A stretch of 64,000 nucleotides of DNA. It comes from a virus. The stretch spans positions 32,001-96,000 of the IMG/VR virus record IMGVR_UViG_3300022700_000179; one strand, written 5' to 3'. A program made the translations under genes and the position numbers. The notes under the pieces are model-generated. The model was given only the letters and a program-made list of their open reading frames with translations, made no database searches and had not been told where the DNA came from. Below, one piece after another: positions 8,086 through 16,798 of the stretch; position 1 is the stretch's first letter; every line of letters starts with the position of its first letter.

Positions 8086-8212
8086 CGGGTGATGCAGAGA
8101 TAAGTTACTTCGATATTTGGCATATTGAGTTTAGGTTCGATTCCTAACCATTCTACGCAAAGTAGGTGGGCCCTGGGCGGGCGCTGTTGACTTATCTTGA
8201 CTATTTCCCCGA
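8086..8212 (+). ncRNA. Y-RNA-like repeat 3 with a divergent tRNA module
   Basis: Stem GAGATAAGT/ACTTATCTT; T arm TTAGG TTCGATT CCTAA; acceptor-like hairpin; degenerate D arm. Confidence 0.8.
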
Positions 8213-8226
8213 TTTTTACTGGTATC

Positions 8227-8305
8227 TGGGTGATGCTGCCAAAAGTTACTTCGCATCTGATTTGTATCAGCTCAGCTAAAAGACTTTTGGCGATTATTTC
8301 CCCGA
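8227..8305 (+). ncRNA. Y-RNA-like repeat 4 (no tRNA module)
   Basis: Stem GCCAAAAGT/ACTTTTGGC with the same TACTTCG and TTTCCCCGA elements. Confidence 0.7.
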
Positions 8306-8371
8306 GTTTATCGCGTCCTGCGAATCCGTGCTACGACTGTGTAGTACACAAACAACATTAGAGGTGACAAA

Positions 8372-10165
8372 ATGCGTGTAGGGACTGGAAAGAGGAGCGT
8401 GACTGACCGCGCCGTGCGCGAAGCCTTGTCTCGGGCTACTGAACAGCGGTATGTAGGTGGACCGGCGTTTGATCTAGCTGATCCGGTCCAGCGTCTTATA
8501 TTTACTATCGGGTCTGGATTTTTTGGTGAGGATAAGTTTTACGACAGTCTACAGCCAACGGACGTGCAGGGTCACCGAACCGCAAAGGCGAGTTTGTCTA
8601 CCTATAAAGGTGAAACCTTAGTTCACCCTGAGAATATAAAGGATCGGTTTGGGTTTAACGAGTCTGCGCGGGATCTAGTTCGGACTATGCGTGAGATTGC
8701 TGAAGAAAAGAACTTCGAGGATTTACTAATACTAGCCAGGTGGGCGCGTGAGGACTTGAATCTTAGGCAGACGCCTATCATGGCTCTGGTTATATCTGCA
8801 CGGGCAGAGTTTGAACTGGGTCGTGGTAGTGGGTTGATTCGTAAGTATACGCCGTTGATTCTTCGTCGGGCAGACGAACCGAAACGGGCTTTTGCGGCCT
8901 ACCGTCACCTTTTCATGGAGGGGGCAGACGGTCGACGTAAAGGATCATTCCCGAAGCAATTTGCGCGTGGTTTGATTGAGTCTCTACAGCAGTTTAACGA
9001 GTATCAGATCTTGAAATATGACTCATCACGTGAGGCGCCCACTTTCAAGGATTTGGCTATTTTTCTATCACGGTACGAAGGTCGTGGAAAAGGACGCCCT
9101 CGACGATCTAATATGCGTCCATTCTCGCACGCCATGGCAAAATATTTGATTGATGGTGAGATAAACGCGAAAGCACTTCCCAAAGTGGCTGCTAGGGCGA
9201 AGCTTTTCAAGTTGAAGACGTGGTGCCCTACTGCCAAAAAACTGGCATTAGAGGGTGATGTTACTTGGGAAAATTTGATAAGCCACTTTGGTTCTACAAA
9301 GGCAACATGGGGATGGTTGATTCAAAATAGAAAATTGCCTTACATGGCAATGTTACGTAACTTGCGGAACTTAGAAAAAGTGGGCCTGTCTGATAGTGAT
9401 TGGGAGCGTGTTTACTCTTACCTTACTTCTGATGTAAATCATAGGCAGATGCCATTTCGGTTTCTGTCTGCTCGGAAAGAGGTGAGCCACCAAACTGCAC
9501 GGTCAGCTATAGATATAGCTCTGGATAAGTCGGTTCAGAACATTCCGGATTTGGGCGGTAAGACTTTTATCATGGTGGATGCCTCAGGTTCGATGGACGC
9601 GCTTGTTTCAAAACGTTCCACCATAAGCTGCAAAGAAGTTGGTATGGCGATGGCGGCGGTCTTGGCTAAGCGTGTTGGTCGTAGGGCTCGGCTCGGTGTG
9701 TTTGGGACTCGTTTCCAGCTCGTCAGCTTTTCTGAAGCGAATTCTGTCATGGCAATCGTCAACCAGCTTAAGGATGCAGGAATCCAGGTCGGCCATGCTA
9801 CTCACGCACATTTAGGCCTTGTGTGGGCGTTGGGGAAGTATACCGGCTTCAACGCGGAGGAATTTGATCGAGTTATCATCGTAAGTGACATGAACTGCTA
9901 TTCAGAGAACTTTTTACGGAACGGTACTGATTTGGTAAGCCTTTTGGCAGAATATCGTCATACGGTCAATCCGGATGTGTTTTTCTACAGCTTGAACATT
10001 TCTGGAGGTAACCAATCCCAGATGGATCCAAAAAACGACAGAACACTTTTGATGAGCGGATGGTCCGAGAAGGTCTTCCATCTGATCGCACAGTTCGAGA
10101 ATCCGGGCACATTGCCCACAATCGACGCGTTACGTGATAGGTTTAGCTATTCTACAGCTAGCTAA
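8372..10165 (+). CDS. rsr: Ro60/Rsr RNA-binding protein (TROVE + vWA)
   Basis: VTWE, LPYMAMLRNLRNL and QMPFRFLSA; vWA MIDAS DASGSM...T...VSDM; C-terminal SGWSEKVF; SD GAGGTG. Confidence 0.92.
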   Translation: MRVGTGKRSVTDRAVREALSRATEQRYVGGPAFDLADPVQRLIFTIGSGFFGEDKFYDSLQPTDVQGHRTAKASLSTYKGETLVHPENIKDRFGFNESARDLVRTMREIAEEKNFEDLLILARWAREDLNLRQTPIMALVISARAEFELGRGSGLIRKYTPLILRRADEPKRAFAAYRHLFMEGADGRRKGSFPKQFARGLIESLQQFNEYQILKYDSSREAPTFKDLAIFLSRYEGRGKGRPRRSNMRPFSHAMAKYLIDGEINAKALPKVAARAKLFKLKTWCPTAKKLALEGDVTWENLISHFGSTKATWGWLIQNRKLPYMAMLRNLRNLEKVGLSDSDWERVYSYLTSDVNHRQMPFRFLSARKEVSHQTARSAIDIALDKSVQNIPDLGGKTFIMVDASGSMDALVSKRSTISCKEVGMAMAAVLAKRVGRRARLGVFGTRFQLVSFSEANSVMAIVNQLKDAGIQVGHATHAHLGLVWALGKYTGFNAEEFDRVIIVSDMNCYSENFLRNGTDLVSLLAEYRHTVNPDVFFYSLNISGGNQSQMDPKNDRTLLMSGWSEKVFHLIAQFENPGTLPTIDALRDRFSYSTAS

Positions 10166-10178
10166 CTTTGTTGATTTG

Positions 10179-10532
10179 CTACTTCTGTCTCTTCTTCGTA
10201 GTTATCTTGTGTTTTGTCTTCCAGAAGTTGTACAGTTCCTTAATCAGTTTATCCTCCGGGATTTCCTTCTTACGTACTCTCCGATAAAAAGCAACTACAA
10301 TTAAGGCCCGCATGTCTTCAACTGAACGGATGCCTTGTTGTTCCAGGTGCATACGGAGTGGGGCCCCTTCTTTGAGCCACACTTTTTCTACGAATGACCC
10401 TACAGTTCTATAGCATTTCCATAGTTCTGCGGGCTTGTAGTTGGCGACTATTTCCACATAAGCTTTAGGCGTTCTCCGATCCAGTTCCTTCAGCCCTTCC
10501 TGAATGTTTCTCGGTTGGCTTTCGTAATACAT
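10179..10532 (-). CDS. hypothetical protein (distant resemblance to DUF6794)
   Basis: SD AAGGAG; pattern PRNIQEGLKELD...GIRSVEDM...FYRR. Confidence 0.55.
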   Translation of the reverse strand: MYYESQPRNIQEGLKELDRRTPKAYVEIVANYKPAELWKCYRTVGSFVEKVWLKEGAPLRMHLEQQGIRSVEDMRALIVVAFYRRVRKKEIPEDKLIKELYNFWKTKHKITTKKRQK

Positions 10533-10704
10533 GCGGCTCCTTCTGTGTGTACTCTTCTAGTGTGATTCCAACTTGCTTCCTTGTCAAGCCGAGTATAGTT
10601 GGGTTGGTTGAACTACCGTGAACTTGGTTATTCTATAGTGTGGAGTACCCAGTCTCTTAACGGGTACAGTTCTGTCAACAAACTTGTTTAGAGGGAGTTC
10701 CGAA

Positions 10705-11136
10705 ATGGCAACCGTAACTGTAGAAACCAGTGCAGTTTATCTCACAGTACAGAATCTCAGCAGCTGGTCCATTGTAGCGATGAACCGCAAGCTTGGACCT
10801 GGAGCCTCTGCTGACGTTCCTCGTCGGTATATTAATTACTGGCGTGCCAAAGATCTAGCCGAGCTAGTTAACAAGGGGTATATCTCTATCACCATCGATA
10901 ACCAGGTCTACTCGCTGTCGGGTTACGGTCCGTTGAGCGTAGAGTTCATCCAGGGACTGGCAGAGCCTACGGCAGCACCTTTTTCTGGGCTGCTCACTTT
11001 TGCCAACGCTGACCGTCCTGGGGTTGGTGGGATGCCTGATGGGACGATGATCTGGAATACAGATACTCTGATTCCTAATTGGGCTGATGCAACCTCGGGT
11101 ACTGGGTGGGTCGACGCTACTGGTGCAGACGTCTAA
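10705..11136 (+). CDS. putative virion structural/fibre-associated protein
   Basis: C-terminal RP...G.MIWNTDTLIPNW...WVDATGADV motif seen at fibre/spike ends; followed by a terminator. Confidence 0.6.
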   Translation: MATVTVETSAVYLTVQNLSSWSIVAMNRKLGPGASADVPRRYINYWRAKDLAELVNKGYISITIDNQVYSLSGYGPLSVEFIQGLAEPTAAPFSGLLTFANADRPGVGGMPDGTMIWNTDTLIPNWADATSGTGWVDATGADV

Positions 11137-11171
11137 TCCAGTTCTGCAGTTCGGCTGCCTTTTACTATATA

Positions 11172-11223
11172 TGCGCTGCTAGGCGGGGGGTCTAGTGTCT
11201 TCCCCGCCTAGCAGCGCACTTTT
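11172..11223 (+). terminator. intrinsic terminator
   Basis: TGCGCTGCTAGGCGGGG/CCCCGCCTAGCAGCGCA 17-bp stem then CTTTT. Confidence 0.75.
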
Positions 11224-11235
11224 GAGGTATAAAAC

Positions 11236-12243
11236 ATGAGGGTTTCTACACTTTATCCTGTACGTAAGGCACCTAGGTATGCGATGAGCATATCGACCAC
11301 TACTGCTGCGGAAGGCGAGCCGAAGATAAGTAAAGAATTGCATGAACTTATTGGTAAATTTCTACTTCGTATAGTTGAGTCTGTGGGTCCACAGAGTAGG
11401 AATCCAGTAGAAGAAATACAAGATGAACTTGCGCTTGCTCGAGTGAACTACTATTCAGATGTCGACTTCTTGCTAGATCTGTTTTCTCAAAATCCGATTA
11501 TAGGTCGGACACCGTTATCCAGCATCCTACCCGACCCAATGCCAGATGACATCTCTCTGCTAAAAGTGATCGGATCAGCCGTAGACCGTCTTTTGCTCCG
11601 GGTTGCATCCAGATGGTACAAGCATGAGTTTGGTGACGCAAAAGACAAAAAAGCGGCAGCGACCGATTTTTACGTTTATTACGACGACATACCTTATTAC
11701 GTTTTTGGTTTGGTGAAAGCTGAAGATGTGGCGCAGCTTCCTTACAGTTCGCAGGATGTACTGATACTAACGAGAAATTATTTGGACACCTTGTCCGAAC
11801 TAACGAAGGAGCATCCGGAAGCGGACGCCGCTGCTTTGCTTAAACAGTACCCACCGAGTAATAAAGATGTCAACCCAAAAGAATTGGCTGACGTAATTGG
11901 TAATGAGCCCTCTTTAGCTTTCGCAAATATCGGTCCGATTTTGAAGGAATACAAGCATGGGGATGTGTATGCAGCTGCCAGAGCTGCGTTGGACTCTGCT
12001 GTGTTTGTAAACGCTAAAGAGATAATAGAATCTGGTACTTGGAGACCCCAAGCTGTAGACCATGACACTGAGGTAGACATTCACCCCCCTGAGGGGATAG
12101 ATGACGTAACAGACGAGGAGGAAGGTGCGGAACGACCTAGTGCAGAAGAGGGTACAAAAGTAGAAAAACCCAAAAGTCCTAGTCAGAGTCCCTCTGGTCC
12201 CATGCCACCTCATAAGTTAGATCAGAGTTCAAGGCCAGTCTAG
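11236..12243 (+). CDS. hypothetical protein
   Basis: 335 aa; SD GAGG; acidic/Pro-rich tail. Confidence 0.75.
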   Translation: MRVSTLYPVRKAPRYAMSISTTTAAEGEPKISKELHELIGKFLLRIVESVGPQSRNPVEEIQDELALARVNYYSDVDFLLDLFSQNPIIGRTPLSSILPDPMPDDISLLKVIGSAVDRLLLRVASRWYKHEFGDAKDKKAAATDFYVYYDDIPYYVFGLVKAEDVAQLPYSSQDVLILTRNYLDTLSELTKEHPEADAAALLKQYPPSNKDVNPKELADVIGNEPSLAFANIGPILKEYKHGDVYAAARAALDSAVFVNAKEIIESGTWRPQAVDHDTEVDIHPPEGIDDVTDEEEGAERPSAEEGTKVEKPKSPSQSPSGPMPPHKLDQSSRPV

Positions 12244-13346
12244 TGCCTATTTACGATTATCATTATCGGACTTTGAGTCCAGACATTTGGAAGTCCGATG
12301 AGCTGACTTTGAACGCTAACACTCAGCGTTTTTTACAGGAACAGCTTTCTCGTAGGTTTAGTGAGAACAAAGGTATTTACTTGGTTGGAGATCTCACGGG
12401 CCATTATTACTCACCAACTTCCGATTTGGACTTACTAATTGTGGCACCTAGGAGTAAGGTAAAAGATTACTTACACGAAGCCGAGATGGTCAGTGGTTTT
12501 TACTTGGACAATACAGACCATCTGGTGAATTTTCATATTGTTGGGGAGGAAACCGTACCAGAAGCATTGGCGGAAAAGTTCGGACCTCTATTCAATGTAA
12601 CCGCGAATACTTGGGTCGGGCGCCGCGTGTTGGGTCTTACTGAGATGACTAATGTCGATTCACTAATGCGTACTGTAAACTGGAAATTGTATAAGAAACG
12701 TAACTCGCTCGAACTCTATCCGTATAAATGGAGAATTATATCTGAAGCTTTTTCTCAGTTAGCTAAAGACGACCGTGAGCAAGTACTTTCTACCATGAAG
12801 TATACTGCACGCAAGGTAGAAAAAAATATACGGAAAGTGCTAAAAGGCTTTAATGATGCTGCTGTTTGGAAAAATTCTTCAGTCTTTGCTTCTTCTTTAC
12901 GGGACGGCGGCCAAGACGTCGTAGACGACTTTGCTTTGTCCGGCGAACTCCCTGCCAAAGTTATGGCTGCTATTATACATCATTATAGGTATGAAGATGT
13001 GGTCGATAAGTTGGAAGATCTCCATAGTAAAATACAGAGAAGCGAAGAAGACTTTTTACGTACCACTGCACCCTCTTACAACCCTACCCCACATAATCCC
13101 GATCCTGTAGGTATCGACGCTAGTGTGCATACTGCGGATACCGCCACGCAAAAATATATGTGGCAGCGCCTTGATTTTGTTGCCGATATGATTATTAGGC
13201 ACTACGGGGGGTATGGGCAGGCGCTAGACACCGTTTTCAAAATATGTTCTTACATTTTAGAGAAGAGTCGTTACGTTGGTACTGATTCGCGGAGACGTAG
13301 GATAGTCTATCGTCTATATCGCAAGTATTACTTGCGTATTGACTAG
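12243..13346 (+). CDS. Pol-beta superfamily nucleotidyltransferase-like protein
   Basis: YLVGDLTGHYYSPTSDLDLLI (hG-x...DxD motif; G-S replaced by G-D). Confidence 0.65.
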   Translation: MPIYDYHYRTLSPDIWKSDELTLNANTQRFLQEQLSRRFSENKGIYLVGDLTGHYYSPTSDLDLLIVAPRSKVKDYLHEAEMVSGFYLDNTDHLVNFHIVGEETVPEALAEKFGPLFNVTANTWVGRRVLGLTEMTNVDSLMRTVNWKLYKKRNSLELYPYKWRIISEAFSQLAKDDREQVLSTMKYTARKVEKNIRKVLKGFNDAAVWKNSSVFASSLRDGGQDVVDDFALSGELPAKVMAAIIHHYRYEDVVDKLEDLHSKIQRSEEDFLRTTAPSYNPTPHNPDPVGIDASVHTADTATQKYMWQRLDFVADMIIRHYGGYGQALDTVFKICSYILEKSRYVGTDSRRRRIVYRLYRKYYLRID

Positions 13347-13359
13347 TTGGAGGTTCAGT

Positions 13360-13980
13360 ATGCCGTCAAGTGAGTGGAAGACGAGCCAAGTTAACGGTTA
13401 CGCAGCAGTAGTACTGAGTGGCGACACAAACGCTGTAAAGACAGCAAAGGCCGTTTACAAGGCTCTAGGTATGGCAATTCAAGATTCATCTCCAACTAGC
13501 CTTATTTTGCAGGATGTCAAAGAACCTGATATACAGGAAGTATCAGATATTGCTGAGAGCAACGGCTTGTATATAGCAAGCAAAAATGGTCCGAGGAAAT
13601 ATCTGGTACGATCAAGAAAACAAGTTCGTAAAGCTCTGCGGCTCAGTCTGCAAACAGGTAAATGGTATTTTGCGGAGTATGCTGAGGATTCTTATCCTTT
13701 GGTATACATACGCAATATGAGCATTGAAAACATCAGAAATGGTGATGCGGCGGAAGAAGCACAAATGTTCGAAGTAGAACTACTTGGGACAAATGATTCT
13801 ACACCTGTGTCTCTTACCTATAACGCACGAGATCTAGCACGTTTAGGGCTGCGTCCGGCTACCACCGAAGATTTCGCAGCGTACAGCATGATTTCACCCC
13901 CTTTAGAGCAATTAGTTCCGGCATTTGCTCGGCAGGCTCCAAACTTGGCTCACTTGGCCAATTTTAACAGAGAGTGCTAA
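13360..13980 (+). CDS. hypothetical protein
   Basis: SD GGAGG before the ATG at 13360. Confidence 0.7.
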   Translation: MPSSEWKTSQVNGYAAVVLSGDTNAVKTAKAVYKALGMAIQDSSPTSLILQDVKEPDIQEVSDIAESNGLYIASKNGPRKYLVRSRKQVRKALRLSLQTGKWYFAEYAEDSYPLVYIRNMSIENIRNGDAAEEAQMFEVELLGTNDSTPVSLTYNARDLARLGLRPATTEDFAAYSMISPPLEQLVPAFARQAPNLAHLANFNREC

Positions 13981-13986
13981 AAACTC

Positions 13987-14631
13987 ATGGCTTGTGACTT
14001 CTGCGAGAGTATCCCCCGTAGCTTGGTTGCGGAGTTGAACGATGATCTACGCGAAGGGGATGATTCTGCTGCTGTTCTAGCAGAGAGATATGATACAACT
14101 GTTGAGGCTATCGAAGTTCACGAACGGAATTGCCTATACGCTGACAATGACGGGTACGACGAACTAGATCGTATGATAAAGCAGCTAGATATTGCAGCAT
14201 CTCGTAGCATGCGTACTTATAAGGAGAATAGTAAAAATTTCGAGGCTATGGACCATTTCATAGCTCTTACTAAAGAAAAACGTGCTGCTATTGTGGCCAA
14301 AGAGCGTTTACGGCCATCTGACGAGTTTGTCAAGGAGATAGCTACTAAGATTCTGTCACCTCTGATAAAGCGAATAATAATAGTCAACACGGAGGAGGTT
14401 GAACGTCTTAGAACCGCATTGTTCTCTATTACAGACGCTCGGATACACAAGAAGATCGATCGAGCACTGAAGGACTCATTGCGCAATTCAGGTAGGAGAT
14501 TAGCGTTGGAGTGTGACGCACTGCTTCCAACCCTCCAGAAGATATTCAATGCGCAAGAGTCTACTGTAAAGGATTTGGGGCTCGATGGTGAGGCAAGTCA
14601 AGAAGACACAGCGGATCCAAAACTAAACTAG
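13987..14631 (+). CDS. Zn-binding HTH plus helical protein; possible terminase small subunit
   Basis: CDFC...LAERYDTTVEAIEVHERNC N-terminus; lies upstream of TerL; function speculative. Confidence 0.4.
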   Translation: MACDFCESIPRSLVAELNDDLREGDDSAAVLAERYDTTVEAIEVHERNCLYADNDGYDELDRMIKQLDIAASRSMRTYKENSKNFEAMDHFIALTKEKRAAIVAKERLRPSDEFVKEIATKILSPLIKRIIIVNTEEVERLRTALFSITDARIHKKIDRALKDSLRNSGRRLALECDALLPTLQKIFNAQESTVKDLGLDGEASQEDTADPKLN

Positions 14632-14745
14632 CAACAGTTCCCTCCATTTAACCGCGCCGACCCGAAACTCACAGGGAAAACATAGTTGTATATGCTGTAA
14701 ACTGGGTTGCAGACACCCTTTAGTTTGCAGGAAAGGAGCACACCT

Positions 14746-15723
14746 ATGAAAAAATCAGTGTTCAGCTTGTTGGCTTTTTACTTAATCTCTTTTTTAGGCC
14801 TGTCTGGTGTACTTGCGGATAGGGCTTCCCAGAAAAGTAGTAACTACAGTAAACTACATAAGTCGTTTTATGTAGAATCGGGTCGTACTTTGTCTTTACC
14901 CGATCCGTTGCTGAACCTGAAAAAGAAGATCCCGGAAGACGTAGTCTCTTCAGAAGAATACAAAGAGACTCGAAAAGCCCGAATTGCAGACCTAGTCGTT
15001 TCTCTTAAAGCAATCGAGGACCGTGGTGTACGGTTGCGCGATAAAGATCGTATTAAAATAGCGGACGCTGCTCTGCATGCTGAGGAGAGGACCGGGGTTG
15101 ACGCTGTGGTGATGCTGGCGGTTGGGCGTATGGAGTCTGACTTCCGGGGTCTGATGTTGCTAAATACCAGGTGTAAAGCAGGATTGCAGTTTAAGGGGTG
15201 CTTTGCTGATTGCGGTATGACGCAGCACCACGTACGCGGGGATAGGGGTAAGGTTATTCGTTATTGCAAAAAACTGAATCGTAATCCCAGACTCTCATTC
15301 TTGAAGAGCGCACAAGAAATAGCCCGGCATGTAAAGTGGTGTCTGGCCCGAAAACACCAAAAATGGCATCTGCCCCTGCGACGGTGTGTGCTAAATCGCT
15401 ACAACCAAGGGTATCGCTATAAGACTATTAGGCGTTGCCGTAAGCGGGTGTGGGATTACTACCATACCTCTAGAGCTTTAGGTGATTCTTGGAAAGAGCG
15501 TCGATTCCCATGCAAGTACTTACGCAGAGTACGCAACCAGAGCAAACCCGATTGGTACTCAGAGACTAAGAAATGCACTCGTACCCTTCGTAGATGTGTT
15601 TCTAGGGCCGCCTATTGGAAGAAGCTCACTTGTTTCGAGTATGGTGCACGTAATAAGGCACGGTTAAAAAAAAGCTGCCGTCGTTGCTATAGTATTCCCA
15701 AAATAAGTACGGATTACTACTAG
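14746..15723 (+). CDS. secreted lysozyme/SLT-like transglycosylase, Cys- and Arg-rich
   Basis: Signal-peptide-like N-terminus; AVGRMESDF, GMTQ and RYNQG motifs; SD AAGGAG. Confidence 0.6.
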   Translation: MKKSVFSLLAFYLISFLGLSGVLADRASQKSSNYSKLHKSFYVESGRTLSLPDPLLNLKKKIPEDVVSSEEYKETRKARIADLVVSLKAIEDRGVRLRDKDRIKIADAALHAEERTGVDAVVMLAVGRMESDFRGLMLLNTRCKAGLQFKGCFADCGMTQHHVRGDRGKVIRYCKKLNRNPRLSFLKSAQEIARHVKWCLARKHQKWHLPLRRCVLNRYNQGYRYKTIRRCRKRVWDYYHTSRALGDSWKERRFPCKYLRRVRNQSKPDWYSETKKCTRTLRRCVSRAAYWKKLTCFEYGARNKARLKKSCRRCYSIPKISTDYY

Positions 15724-15901
15724 CTGTCGTAGACGGTCCTCTGTTAGGTACCCACCCACCTTTTCCTCTTTTTCTTTCTTCAAATCGGATAATTAAGGTT
15801 ACTTTATAGTGTGGTGCCATTCTCACCACCTGGTGTAGTAGTTTGTTGTATTAAACCGGGTATTCGTGGTCGTAGCCTTGTTGTACCACTTCTTCATAAC
15901 A

Positions 15902-16270
15902 ATGGCTAAGTCGATCCCTCAGCCAATAGACTGGGGAATTGGTCTAAGTCTGCTCAGTTTACTTGTTTCGGTAATTGTGACCTTTATAATACTGATCCTT
16001 AAGAAGAAAAGTAGAGTAGAAGAGGAGCTGAGAAAGGCACAATTTAGCGCGTTAGAGAAGGACATATCTAATGTACTCCATACCTGTGCACGGCTGGAGG
16101 ATCAACTGAAATCTGTCGAGAGCGAGTTTAAAAGTCATTATGGCGGCTGCTCGAAGAAATTCGTATTGAAGGACGTCTATTCTGAGGTTCTACGCGCACA
16201 ACGTGAAGAAGTGCAAGATATAAAGAAGATGTTGACCCAGCAATCGGATGTAATCGAAAAGTTAAGGTAA
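15902..16270 (+). CDS. single-TM coiled-coil protein (possible lysis accessory)
   Basis: Hydrophobic IGLSLLSLLVSVIVTFIILIL then KKK and a coiled coil; next to the SLT-like gene. Confidence 0.55.
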   Translation: MAKSIPQPIDWGIGLSLLSLLVSVIVTFIILILKKKSRVEEELRKAQFSALEKDISNVLHTCARLEDQLKSVESEFKSHYGGCSKKFVLKDVYSEVLRAQREEVQDIKKMLTQQSDVIEKLR

Positions 16271-16283
16271 GGAGAATGGTGCA

Positions 16284-16793
16284 ATGGATGAGGCTAGAAA
16301 CACTGGGAACTCTACATTTCCCGCGGCAGTTGACTTGTCTGAGCTAGATGAACTGGTAGATGATGAGTTGGGGCTGGAGCCATCATCCACAGCGGATATT
16401 TTAGAAGATTCTGCGGATAAACCATTACCGCGACCGCGTTCTTCCACGGAGTACAGTAAACATTTTGGTACGCAAACCTCTTTAGACCTATGTGAGCATT
16501 GCGATGACTTATGTGATGAGAGCTGTGCTGACGTTAGTAATATTGTCGAAGCAGAATTAGTACATCCATATGACAAAATAATAAAAGAAGAAAAACGCAA
16601 TCATACTACAACAGGCGTTATCCGTATTATGCGCGCAAACGGGGACGACGAAGCAGCAGATTTACTAGAGGAAATACGTGGTCTAACTAATGATGTATCA
16701 AACGTGCTGGATGGGCTCTCTGAATTGCACAAACGGCGTACTGGTAGCTACCCCCGTCTGAGCACTCAAACTAATGATAAAGAATCTAAGTAA
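16284..16793 (+). CDS. acidic hypothetical protein
   Basis: SD AAGGAG; 169 aa. Confidence 0.7.
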   Translation: MDEARNTGNSTFPAAVDLSELDELVDDELGLEPSSTADILEDSADKPLPRPRSSTEYSKHFGTQTSLDLCEHCDDLCDESCADVSNIVEAELVHPYDKIIKEEKRNHTTTGVIRIMRANGDDEAADLLEEIRGLTNDVSNVLDGLSELHKRRTGSYPRLSTQTNDKESK

Positions 16794-16798
16794 AAGTC

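Noticed and set aside
7833-8305. CRISPR array
   Set aside because: The units vary in sequence with compensatory stems and unequal inserts containing tRNA arms; no cas genes are present; the Ro60 context explains them.
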